Source of the DNA: Microthyrium microscopicum
Lineage: Eukaryota
Assembly: GCA_010405405.1 (NCBI GenBank)
Contig: MU004236.1
Coordinates: forward strand, 186,001-250,000
Reading direction: 5' to 3'
Length of the DNA: 64,000 nt
Part shown: positions 35,386 to 46,913 of the stretch, in pieces
Numbering within the stretch: position 1 is the stretch's first letter
How the letters are laid out: every line of letters begins with the position of its first letter
Notes under the pieces: model-generated
The model's database searches: none
What the model was told of the DNA's origin: nothing
The model's input: the letters and a program-made list of their open reading frames with translations, nothing else
Translations under genes and position numbers: made by a program

Positions 35386-36195
35386 ATGTCCTCTATTTAC
35401 CATCAGACTCCCATCACCATGCCATCGTCTCCACAACCCACCAACCAACCCGAGCCCGTCTCTCACAATCAACCCGAGCCCATCCCCGACCGAACCTCGC
35501 CACCTTCCACGGACCAACACATCAAACCCGCACGCAAACCCCTCCTCCGCCTCGAAGCCCGCGATCTCTCCACCCTCGGCGTCCAATCCTTCCTCTCACT
35601 CGTCAACGCCGCCGCTGTCCTCGAAGATGCCGTCCACCACACACTCGACTTACTCTACACTGCACACACTCCTATCCCACCAACGCGCAGTATAACGCTT
35701 GTTTTGCGATCTATGGATGGTGTCGCATATACGACGGGCTCAGATCTCGATAATGACCACAAGGAAATCCATCTATCGACGGACTACGTGGCCGCCATTC
35801 CAAGCGCGCACCGAGCGAATGAGATACGCGGTGTACTAGTGCATGAGATGGTGCATTGCTGGCAATGGAATGCGGGCGGTACTGCGCCGGGTGGATTGAT
35901 TGAAGGGATAGCGGACTGGGTGCGGTTAAAGGCCGGATATGCGCCTGGGCACTGGAAGAGGGTGTGGAAAGATTGTAAATGGGATGATGGGTATGAGAAG
36001 ACGGGATATTTTCTCGATTTCTTGGAGAGTGAGGTGGGAGAGGGGACGGTGAGGAAAATTAACGGGAGTTTGCAAGAAGGCAGGTATCACGAGGAGCGCT
36101 TTTGGAAGGATTGCTGTGGCCATTCGGTAGGAAAGCTGTGGGAGAAGTATGGGGAGTGTATGAAGAAGGAATCAAAGTTGGCTGACGAGGCTTGA
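35386..36195 (+). CDS. BSP (basic secretory protein)-family zinc metallopeptidase-like protein
   Basis: Motifs GVAYT, GVLVHEMVHCWQW (HExxH), GLIEGIADWVRL and WDDGYEKTGYFLDFLE. The start could be 35386 or 35419. Confidence 0.88.
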   Translation: MSSIYHQTPITMPSSPQPTNQPEPVSHNQPEPIPDRTSPPSTDQHIKPARKPLLRLEARDLSTLGVQSFLSLVNAAAVLEDAVHHTLDLLYTAHTPIPPTRSITLVLRSMDGVAYTTGSDLDNDHKEIHLSTDYVAAIPSAHRANEIRGVLVHEMVHCWQWNAGGTAPGGLIEGIADWVRLKAGYAPGHWKRVWKDCKWDDGYEKTGYFLDFLESEVGEGTVRKINGSLQEGRYHEERFWKDCCGHSVGKLWEKYGECMKKESKLADEA

Positions 36196-36298
36196 GATTC
36201 TTGGTAATATGTCTATGCTCTGGATTATACATATGATTAGAGTACACCTACAATACGAACCCTGATGACATTGACAAGACCCTGTGAGTCTAATGCTG

Positions 36299-37202
36299 CT
36301 AGGATGTCTTGAAGAAATCCGGGAAAATGGTGCGTAGCTCTTCCAGACTTCGTATTTGGTGAGCTGAGGCTGGAGTCCGGGGAAGTTTCTTCTCGCTTGG
36401 TTCTATCAGATGAGCCGTTGTCCAGCCATATCGCTGTGAGGCTGCTGCATTTAAGTATGAATCATCTACGGTGCTGTCAGTTTGGTCTTTAGAAGAAGGC
36501 TCGAAAACATACCGACGAAATAGCAGTCTTCTTTCGACTCAACTTGAGCCTCTTTCATCGCTTTCACCCACATCTCTTCTTGGGGCTTGGCTAAGAACAC
36601 TTCTGCTCCATAATCACAGTACGTGATTCCCTCAAAAAGATCATCAATACCAAGTAGCTTCACAACTCGCATACCATGAGTTTTGTAAGCATTTGTGAGA
36701 AGCCACAGTTTGACTTTGGCGGTGTCGATATCCTCCAGAAGTTTGCGAAGTTGCGGGTTTGGTTCCAGAATATCTTCCAAGGGGAGTGCATCGTCCACTT
36801 TGGCGTTGAAGTCGAGAGCATCAACATGATGGTTCAATACAAGTCCTTTGATTGCAAGTCCATATTCCTGGTAGTACTTTTTGTGCAAGTCAAAAGCGTC
36901 TTGGCGTGTCAGTTCTAGATGAGTCTGGAAATAGTCATCTACGCTTGTTAGATCCATTCGAAGAAATGTTTTCAAACATGTATTTGTGAGGCTGACCTAT
37001 CAGATCACCCATGAGGATTTGGATATCGAGACCTGGCAGCTATTAGATTTGATGATTTGCGTTGAAGATATTGACTAACTCTTAGAATATAACTAGGATC
37101 AGACGTTAGTACAGTTATCAATAGGTACTGGCGGATGAAAAGACGTACGCAGTTATCTATATCCATGAATAAGACCTTTCGACCTGCTGTTGGCTTTGGC
37201 AT
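36299..37202 (-). CDS. SDT1: Pyrimidine 5'-nucleotidase, HAD superfamily (SDT1/SSM1-like)
   Basis: Motifs LFMDIDNC(LY), LHKKYYQEYGLAIKGLV, VDDALPLEDIL, LLTNAY, KP and YFV(DDS). Several short GT-AG introns; ends LRTIFPDFFKTS*. Confidence 0.9.
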
Positions 37203-38121
37203 ATTGTCCAAGAGCAATCAGGATTATTGTTTAGTTATCTTGACAAGAAAGTGTTTCAACTCGATGAGAAGCTACGATCAGAAGTTCAGAACGATCGAGT
37301 CAGCCGATACCTTCCGCAGACGCTGGGAAATATGGAATGTGGTGGTAGAGAATAATTTTAATGAAGCGGAGATTGTTGAAATGTTTCGAAGTAGACTGTT
37401 TACTGAATGAGTCACGACATGATTTGAAGCTGATACTTGTGAGGAAATAACCACTGAAATCTCCCCACGTTTTTGTAGATTTGAACTGCCCCACTACTCT
37501 CTCCTTATTTACACGCGCAAATGTGGGGTCTATGACAATTTGATACGGCTCCATTCTCGTGCAGAAATCTTTACCATGAATTGAATAGCCCTGGTGCTGA
37601 CGAGTATACAACGACTAGAAGCATTCTCCTCTCTAAGTACAAGAGTAAAACACAATTGAGGACAGTTTGTAAACAAAGCTATTGTTGGTCACCGCGAATA
37701 TTCTCATGATTTTCTGGATGAATGCACTACAAAGGATCGCAACACTTTGCATACTAAACTCAGATGTCCACCCTTTTAGTATTTTTCTGGTCATCTTAAG
37801 GATGGTTGGAGGTTGAAACTCGCGATGGATAGGAAGGGGCGACATAGTGAAGGTGAGCAGGGATAATCGCAATCGTTGGCGCTAATACGGATGGGTGAAC
37901 GCGAAGGACCGTGCCACTCCTGCATCTCGAGTTTGTTGAGTCCCAAACTTTTTGACCTTCAACTTCAACTTCGACTACAACCTCCCTCCCTCCATCGCAC
38001 TGTCGCCTACATGCTTGGTCATTACTCTATGTAACGCTCACCGCCCGATTTTCAACACTCATTCCGCTGCTGGGACAAGTAGATTGTACAATTAGAGCTA
38101 GCTGTTTCCCAGGTTGTTGCT

Positions 38122-40539
38122 ATGGCCGCTGCACCCTTTGCGCCAACATCCAACGGTGTTCAGCGCAAAGCTCAAACTCCATACTACACGGAATATACAG
38201 GTGGGCTACGGGATGACCTGGATGCAGATCTATATCGCCGTATTGTTCAGCTGAAGGAGACGCTCCTCCCTGAGAATGAGTCTCAACTCCCAAAACCTGT
38301 GGTACATGCCGTAAAAGCTTCATGGCCAGCCTCTGCGGATCCTGTTTTGCAAGCCGCTGCTCAAATACAGATCGCGGCCATATCTCAATTGCGGGCTAGG
38401 CGCCAACAAATTGAAGATGGTCTACGTTATGATGAGGCGGCGCAACCACGACCATCTCCCGAGATTGATGCTGCGGACATCTTGCGCCGAGCTCAAATAC
38501 TACAGCCACCAGTCTCTGGCTTTCCTGACCCAGATGCTGCCAGCGAGTCTTTTGATGAGAATGATTACTACTCTAGTAACGTAGACTCACCGTCGCAGTC
38601 CTCAAAAGAATCAAAGGAGGTAAATGAGCTTATGGACGATGCAGAAAATGAATCGGATGCAATGGCGATATCTTCGCCAGAAGAGGATGAAGTGTCTGAA
38701 GACGAGTTTGAGCCTGCTGTTGAGGCTCCTCAGGTGTCCGTGTTTCAAGCAGTCCCTTCAACTCCGCCCGAGTGGCGTATGCGAGATAATTACCCTGACA
38801 CAATGGTAGAGACCGCCGAGGAAGATGATTATGAGCCACCTTCCGCCGATTCTCCCCAATACGAACCTGATCCTGCTCAGTTGTCTCTGCAGCTAACCCA
38901 ACAGTCCAACGCTTTTGCCGTGCCTCATGCCATTTCTTTGAATCAAATCGAATCCCCTGCAGCTCCACAGCCATCTTATATCTCTCCGCTCACCAATACC
39001 AATATTTCTCATCAGCTTGATTTTTCAAACGATCACTCGTCTAAATCTGGCGACGAAACAGGACAGCCACCAAAGCAAGGGAAGAAAAAGGGCAAGCGTG
39101 CGAAGCAAAGAGCCCTGGCTTATTCTCAGAACCAGACCCAAGCGCAATTATCTCAACCTCAAATGCAAAGTCGTGGTCTGAAGCGAGGACGAATGCATGA
39201 GCCATCTGTTCCAAGCAGTAATATCAACCAGAAGACTACGCGGAAGAGTGAAGCCACAGCAAAGAGATTGGAGAAAAGACAAAAAAGAAGATCGCAAGGA
39301 CAGTCACAACCGAATCCTGCAATGTCAGGTTCTCAATTCATCAAGGAAGAATCTAGTCCGCCTGCTCCATTCGCGCAATCTCAATTGCCGCTACAACGAA
39401 GTGAACGAGAAACCGAGTACTATGGCGAGGACGATCAAGGATATATTCGTCGCATGGCTGAACCACCACCGAAATTCCAGCCACCACCAGGTTACAAGCT
39501 CGTTCCTATTGATGACGAACCAGACTATGAACCGGAACATCTTGTTACAACGCCACATGCGCCTAGACAAGCTCGGCAACATCAACAGCAGACACCAACT
39601 CAATCGTCGCAGCATGTGTTTACGCCGCAACGAAGTCAGCCTCAGCCTGTACAACGACCACAACTGCCGCAGCCGCCTCAGTCCGTTCAAAATGAGCCGC
39701 CTCGACCTTTCCATCGAGCACTTTTACGAGATGAATTTGGCAACGAGTACTACGCTGACCAACCAACCTACAGCCAACCGCCGCCAGCTCGTCAACCGCC
39801 GTCAACGAGCTATGAGGCTCCATATTCTGAGCCTCGACAGCCACAAGGTCAATGGCAACCGCAACCGTATCAACAAACTTATGAGCCTGAGCAATACCAA
39901 CCAAATATCATGGCACCGCCACCTGTAGCCCAACGTTATCCGGAGCGTCCCAGCACGGCAGTACCCGATGCTCGTCCCTATAACTCGATGTATCAGCGTC
40001 CGCAAGAGCAGTTCACTCGCGACAATTCTGGTTACGCACCACATACGCCTCAAGTAGAACCACGCCCGCAAGGACAGCAGCCAGTCTACGACGAGCCATA
40101 TGTTCCTCGCACACCGCAGGCGCGTCATCCTTCACAAATGCCGCAACAACACATGGCCCAACATCCTGCCCCACCGCAGGCCCACGCTGAGAGCTACGCT
40201 CAGGTACCTTTCCAGCGCCCGCAGCCTCCGTATCGCGCGCAGAGCGTCCACCCACAAAGCATGCAGCAGCCACCAATATACAGCGACTCGCCATACCGCC
40301 AACAAGTAAATATTCCTCCTCCCATGCGCCAAGCAAGCGTTGCACCATCGCCGTTGAATCCGGGACCGCCCATGTTTAGTCGAGCTGCGAGTGCGTATCC
40401 CATGCCAGCTCAGCAGCAGCAACAACAACACGGTGCAGCGCCGCAATATAACGGGCCGCCTCAGCATTCATCTGGGTATGGGAATGGTCAGGGTCATGCT
40501 GAAGGAGGCCAAGAAGGCTGGCCGCGTCCTCGTTACTAG
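38122..40539 (+). CDS. Pro/Gln-rich, largely disordered hypothetical protein
   Basis: 805 aa uninterrupted ORF with acidic and basic (NLS-like) patches and a P/Q/Y-rich C-terminal half. No recognisable enzyme motif. Confidence 0.8.
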   Translation: MAAAPFAPTSNGVQRKAQTPYYTEYTGGLRDDLDADLYRRIVQLKETLLPENESQLPKPVVHAVKASWPASADPVLQAAAQIQIAAISQLRARRQQIEDGLRYDEAAQPRPSPEIDAADILRRAQILQPPVSGFPDPDAASESFDENDYYSSNVDSPSQSSKESKEVNELMDDAENESDAMAISSPEEDEVSEDEFEPAVEAPQVSVFQAVPSTPPEWRMRDNYPDTMVETAEEDDYEPPSADSPQYEPDPAQLSLQLTQQSNAFAVPHAISLNQIESPAAPQPSYISPLTNTNISHQLDFSNDHSSKSGDETGQPPKQGKKKGKRAKQRALAYSQNQTQAQLSQPQMQSRGLKRGRMHEPSVPSSNINQKTTRKSEATAKRLEKRQKRRSQGQSQPNPAMSGSQFIKEESSPPAPFAQSQLPLQRSERETEYYGEDDQGYIRRMAEPPPKFQPPPGYKLVPIDDEPDYEPEHLVTTPHAPRQARQHQQQTPTQSSQHVFTPQRSQPQPVQRPQLPQPPQSVQNEPPRPFHRALLRDEFGNEYYADQPTYSQPPPARQPPSTSYEAPYSEPRQPQGQWQPQPYQQTYEPEQYQPNIMAPPPVAQRYPERPSTAVPDARPYNSMYQRPQEQFTRDNSGYAPHTPQVEPRPQGQQPVYDEPYVPRTPQARHPSQMPQQHMAQHPAPPQAHAESYAQVPFQRPQPPYRAQSVHPQSMQQPPIYSDSPYRQQVNIPPPMRQASVAPSPLNPGPPMFSRAASAYPMPAQQQQQQHGAAPQYNGPPQHSSGYGNGQGHAEGGQEGWPRPRY

Positions 40540-40915
40540 CCGTGTAAAGTGAGATGACGGTTAGTTACAGTATTCAAAGTAATGTACTGATATTGGCCTG
40601 GTCAAAAAAAGATTTGTGGTTCCATGAGACATGAATTGTACAACAACGAGCGATTGAAGAGCATTTTTGTATTGTTATGACTCTTTTTAGCATAGCTGTT
40701 CGGGTCGGAATGAAGTTTATAGTAGAAAAAATTAGGTTCTTGCTTATCATCAATACTAATATTTATTCATTACAACAGGCTCTTATTGTGGTCAAGTTAG
40801 ATTTATTCACGAGCCGGATCTGTCGAGATCACTGGATTTCGTTTCCTGGAAGCCGGGTTAAGCGACCAATACTGCAATATATCGAATGAGAGGCTTGTTA
40901 TCTCGCATCCAATTA

Positions 40916-41147
40916 CCGTAGAGCTGCGTTCAATCCCCCCCCAACGCTAAACCCAAACCGCCAGTAGCGTCACTTAATTCCGTGGGCTCTGCCCCAAATG
41001 TACGCCTTACCCGTAAGATATGGTTTCCATCTCCTAGGTAATATGTCCCTTTTGCGAATGTTTTTGCGCCTCCAAAAATCTAAGCAGCCCCATTTGCCCC
41101 TTTGCCAAGTCACTAGCGTTGGGGGGGGATTGAACGCAGCTCTACGG
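40916..41147. mobile_element. MITE (232 bp), Tc1/mariner-type TA target duplication
   Basis: Perfect 34 bp TIRs: CCGTAGAGCTGCGTTCAATCCCCCCCCAACGCTA at 40916-40949 and its reverse complement at 41114-41147. TA flanks both ends (40914-15 and 41148-49). Non-coding interior. Confidence 0.9.
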
Positions 41148-42414
41148 TATACGCATTGGATCTATTGTATATTGGGCGCTTTATAGAGTGGGCATGGAAC
41201 AGCTGTTTTTCCGAATCTGACTGACAGGGAAGCGATAAGTTGGCCTCATGGACTACTCTACAACAGGGCACTGCCTGGCACAGCTTCCAGTGAACATGAA
41301 GGGAGTTAGTTGTCTCTAGTACTTGAAGATCTGTTATCTCGGCTTGGATACTAGCTATTATTATTTACAGGTCGTACCTACCAGTTTGTCTAACGCCTTT
41401 GATACAAAATCACAGTGAAAGCTGATTTGGTCTCTTTACTAGCGGTTCTCTAGTGTATCAACAGGCAAGGAATAGTTACGACGGGCAATTGGTAGAGGAT
41501 CCATGTTCGTTCAGCAGGGTTCTCTTGGCTTTGCTTACAGAAAGATAGCTTTTGATACCTGGCTTGCTTGCCCGTGCTGGTCCATGATCTAGTTGTTGCT
41601 GGGAATCGGGAGTCTGGGGCGCGGTTGGCTAACTAAATTGATTGAGGGGAGCTGTGAGCGCGAGAAATGGCTTTTTTGTACCACTGCCGAGTAACTTGAC
41701 AGTTTCCTGTCAGTTTTGGGGCGAAGGTGTTGGCATGAGTACCAGTAGGTGTTACAACGCCGAGCCTTTCGCTTGTAGCCTGTCTATACATCAATATACA
41801 TTTGCCCAGAGGTGATGGATTGAGTGTCATGAACCTATCGAACCAGAAATTATGTATATCTGTCTCGAACAGAAGAATGTTTGCTCTGCTGATGAACGTC
41901 CAGGAAGCGTAAAATGGACATGCACTTTAGAATCACATAGCGCGTTCGGGCACTAGACTCAAGTTGGCTTAGTAACTGGAGGGAGTGGATAACCCTAGCC
42001 TCAAAGACAGAGAACTGGGGAGGAAGGTGCCAAGGACTCGAGACACCCAGCTCTGAGTTGCTCCGCCCCAATTTGGCGTGTGCATTTGGTCTATCATCCA
42101 TCACTGCTAAATCGCCAAATCCACCACCACTACCTCCACCTCCCATTCTCCTCTATACTGTCCACCACCACCCCATACACTGTCCTCTCCTCTGTCGCCA
42201 CAATAGAGGAATCGGTGGTAATTCCACGCTTTCTCTTCTTCCTTTCATTTAGCCCCCCAACACCATCTTTCCTTCTCCGCTTCTTCCCAGGTTGCCCAGC
42301 TGACCTCCACTACAGCTGGTCTGACCTCCAGCTGCTTTTGCTCTTCATACATCTCTGCCCTTCGTTCCAAAGTCTCTTCGAGCCGTTCACTCGGTCAATT
42401 TCCCATCGTTCAGA

Positions 42415-45400
42415 ATGCAGAACCTCAAAACTCTTGCCGGAGGCATGCGCCACGGCTGGGACATGCAATTTGGCGTAAGACATCAACAACCCCAGAGCCA
42501 GCATCCACATCAACAACATCATGAAATGCCTCGGACACAATCCTACCAACGCCAGCAAACGCCTTCCATAACCCAATTACCTCCGGGAGTACCTATGAGC
42601 TGGTGCTTCAAAGTTCCTTTCAACAACAACCTAGCCGGCCCCGAAATTGAAAAGGTCATATATGCTAGCAATGGAGCCAAGGAACGTTGGTCTCATCCAG
42701 CAGGCTCGCCCGAAGACACTCCCACGCATCGTCTGCCCGTACACGTTCAGCACATTGAGGATCTTCAAAAGCTATGCTCAACCATGAAAGAGCAGGCCAA
42801 TGTGGAGGCTAGTGTCACGGTTGGAAGGGCGACGTCATTAGGCATGGTTCCGGGTCTACCAGCTTCTCAAACAAATAACGTGGTAGCAAATGTCTGTTTA
42901 CATGGTCCGCAATTCGATCAGGTCAGGAGAGCACGACAGCATATTTTGAATAGCTCGCCCATTACTATGGTTTGTCCTCTTTGGCTTCTTTCGAGTACTT
43001 CTCAGGCTAACATATCTAGCAATCTGCAACTGTACCTGTTGATCGTGGTATGCTTTTCAAAGATGAGCAGGGAGATCTTCCGGAACGAATTATCAATGTA
43101 CTTGATCAGATCGCCAAAAACACAAAAGCCGATATCTTCCTACTCGACCCAGAAGAGCGCAATGAGGACGGCTCATCCAAGACAGCTTCTAAAGAGCCAA
43201 TCAAGCTTGTGATATATGGCGACATGCTCACCAAAGAGAATGCAAAGGTCCATTTCCTCATCATGATTGATCAATTGGTATGTCCCCACATGATATTATG
43301 GTATGCAGCGCTGATCTTCAAATTATAGCTTGGCATGCATGTTGATTCCATGACACTTGATCTGAACCTTCACTCCCTTATTTGCGGTCGTGCTCGCAAA
43401 AAGATCAAGGCTATCGAATCTGCCACAGATACTGCTATTTATTTCCCTCCCATCTTTCCAGCTATTCATCGCTATTGCCCGCCGGGTGCCGAACGTCGTT
43501 CATTCGATGAGATCGTCATCACTGGGCCCAGTCAAGAACACATATTTCAAGCCAAATCTCAGCTCAAGGACCTGACGTTCAATGCCAAGTCTTTTGTCAA
43601 GGAAGTTCGAATCACACCGACAAAGATGGATCACTTGTTACTCGAGAGGCTCGACAAGATTCAATCCATTATGGAAGCTCATGCTTCGTATCTACTACTG
43701 CCATCCATTGGAGAGTACAGCGGGGTCATCCGAGTTCAAGGGCTCGATGTCTTGAATGTCGAACGCACGGTTCGCGATGTGATGGGTTTGGTGAGCAAAA
43801 CATTCTGCTGTATTTGGACATGACTAACTTGCTCAGACTACTCAATTCTACAGCGCGGAGTGGCAATGTGCGCCATTGAATCAACTTCCACCAATAGCAC
43901 AAATTCAGAGTGTACTTTCGGATATCTGTGCGAGCTCCGGTGCCGATATTGTCTTTGCCAACATGACCTTCTACGCCTTTGGTTCTGATGAAGCCTGCCG
44001 AACTGCTTTGAGTGTCATCAGCCATATTCCTTTCGTAAAGCATGCACCATCAAGCATTCATGTCAAACTGGAGCTTGCAGTTGAGCACAAGGAATTTGTT
44101 AGTGGCAAGAAGAACGGCAAAATCAACAAGATCATGAACACGGCCAACGTTCAAATCGTCTTCGATGGATTCAACGAGTACAACTTTTACATCGACGTCC
44201 GTGGTAGCGACTACGGCCCTACACTTTTTGGACTAGAGTTGGTCGAAATGGAGCTTCCTGCATCATTGTCATTTCACGTGCCAGACCAATATCACAAGCG
44301 CATCATTGGTATTGGTGGTCAACACATTCAACAGCTCATGAAGAAGTATAGTGTCTTTGTCAAGTTCAGCAATGCTCACGATCGGGGTCCTGTGATCGGC
44401 AAAGAAGATGACACCCTTAAATTGGACAATGTTATTTGTCGCACGCCATCACGTAACGCTCAGAATTTGGAGATGGTGAAACAAGAGATCATGGACATGG
44501 TCAATCGACCAGACGCGGAACAGGTCACCGAAAATGTGAGTAATGACTACTTGTTCCCATGTTCAATACTAATCAATGTTAGGTCACTATCGATCGGCTT
44601 TTACACCGCGAACTCCTCAGTCTGAGAATGCAAGAGATTGATGATCTTGAAAAGAAATGGAACTGCAAGATTACTTTCCCAAGTACTGAGCAAGCCAGTG
44701 ACGTGGTTTTGGTGTCGGGACCAGAGTTCCAAGTGCCGAATGCGATCTATGATCTTTTAGTGAGTGATATATTGCAATCCATGGACAACCTACTGACATT
44801 TGTAGGCCATGGTTCCAGAGACCCATGATGTCACCTTTCCACTCAAACCTGAGCTCAAGGAGTTTGTCAAATCGACCGAATTCGAAGAGATAGTTGAGAA
44901 GCTCAAGTCGCAGTACGTTGTCGATTTGACAATGAAGGAGACCGCAAGCACGGTTCCAGATCAGGAAGAAACGGAAACTTTGACCCTTGGATACACTCGG
45001 AATGACGCTGGCGGACTAAAGGATGCCATCGACTTTCTCATTTCTAGCCTAGTCCTCAAAGGTCTGGACGCCGAAACGGTAAAAGGATCCATTCCCCGAC
45101 CCAAGTCAGATTCATTCGAGGACTCGCTTCCTTATTTCGAGTCCAAGTTACTTCACCGAAAGGATCCCGCATCTGGAACAGACTCTCCAACTCGCTCCCT
45201 CTTTGAAAATGCCGAGGGACATGAGTCGTCCGGCTCTAGCTCATTCTTCTCACTTTCCAAGTTCCGTAAGCCTACGAGTATGTCTTCGTTTTCTTCTTTC
45301 ATAGATCGTCGCAAAAATGGCGCCAACTCTCCAGGAGGACCCTTTTTCAAACATGCGTCTAGTAATGCATCCAAGGCTTCCCTTGCTAGTCTTGAGTCTC

Positions 45401-45789
45401 AAGGAAGCGGATATCGCAATATCTGGAATGACAGTGGAATCAATCTTCCGGAGGAAGAAATCACCGTTTCCACCCCGTTACCTCACCCCAATGGACATGG
45501 ATGGCCAATCACCACGCCAGTCTCGGGACCATCACACTTTCCTACTCCTACCACCCATCCTGGGCCCATTCATACCGGGCTCAACGCCTCCACGCACCCC
45601 GGATTCATGTTCAACAACAACAGTTCTAGCAGTCTTCTTTTGAATTTTCCCACGGGACTAACGCCAATTCCTGGCGACACCACCCCGACGTCTCGTTACG
45701 ACCCCCGGGCGTCCGTAGATAGTGGACGACCCAGCACTAGCCATTCGATTTCAGGATACCCCGGCCATATGAACGGCCATACTCGTTAA
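42415..45789 (+). CDS. Multi-KH-domain RNA-binding protein (Mug60/YLL032C-like)
   Basis: KH GxxG loops HKEFVSGKKNGKINKIM and HKRIIGIGGQHIQQLMKKYSVFVKFSN, plus NVICRTPSRNAQNL. About 5 introns link the consecutive ORFs, and the tail is Ser/Pro-rich. Confidence 0.9.
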
Positions 45790-46913
45790 AACTGCTTATT
45801 TTTCTGCTTTTCTCGTTTTCACGCTTTATTGCTTTGCTACGCTTGCTGCAAAAAGTTATTCTTTCATACTGTCTTCCTTACTCAACTGGAAAGCCACCTA
45901 TCCCAACTTTGATACCCCCTTCTTGGGCTTGGGTAAGTGTTGCTACTCATTGTTGCTTTTCGCGCTACAAACAGAAAGATATCCTCTAGACTTTTTGCTG
46001 TTATTTGTTTTCATTGTGGTCTTATTTCAGTTCGCTTGTTCTCATCTCGTTCGTGGGCTTTAGTTATCTCATGGTTCATTGAGCTTATGATCGGAAATAC
46101 CCCCTAGGAAAGTTGTCGATTTTTATTGTTAAAAAAGCGTCGAGAGTCGCCATTGTTCATTTTTGCTTGTTGGTGGAGTGGTTTTAACGGAGGGAAGCAA
46201 AGTTTGAGTTTTTCGCTTTAGTTGATGGATTGAATATTCTATCTTGATACCCATTTCTGCTTGGCTTTTGTACCTTGAGTTTGATTGTAGTTGTGTCCTG
46301 TTCCTGGTCACGGTTGTTGACACCATCACTTCTCGGGCGTTCCTCGAGCATCAATGGCTCATCTACGTCTTCAAGCATCGCAATGTTGTTGAGCCCAATC
46401 GACTTCAATCAACAATCATACCCTTGTCTCGCAACCACTCTGCTGTTTCCAAAAACAAAAAGCTTATGTCTTTGGCTACTCTTCGCTGCGTGCTTTTTCG
46501 TCTTTTCTGCTTGATACCATGATATCTCGGCCTATGGGCGTTATTGGTTTGATTTTGTCCTGATCTATACGAATACACGAAGGGAAGGTGGGAGAGGCGC
46601 TGGTTGAGATGATGGTGCTTGGTGGCTGCGGACATGTGCTATGAAATTGATGTGGAGCATTTAGTGTCAACTGCAATAGACTGATATCATCTCGATGCTG
46701 CTGAATTGCTACATGTGTGAAAGTGAATTCATACTGAGACAAGGTTCTTTAAACTGGAGTGATGGATGTAGAGGTCTATTCATTCCTCCAATGTTCCTAG
46801 GCGATGGTTGTTCACGCCATACCTATGGAATTGAACCAATTGGAATATCATCAAGGAGTGACAACTCTATGAAATTGTTTCCAACTCCTGACAATACCAA
46901 CATCCAGCCAACA

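Noticed and set aside
34900..35387. Minus-strand ORF fragments upstream of the BSP gene
   Set aside because: Interrupted by stops with no recognisable family; likely intergenic or degenerate.
37300..37872. Two consecutive minus-strand ORFs upstream of SDT1
   Set aside because: No motif or signal; they lie in the divergent promoter region of SDT1 and the P/Q-rich gene.
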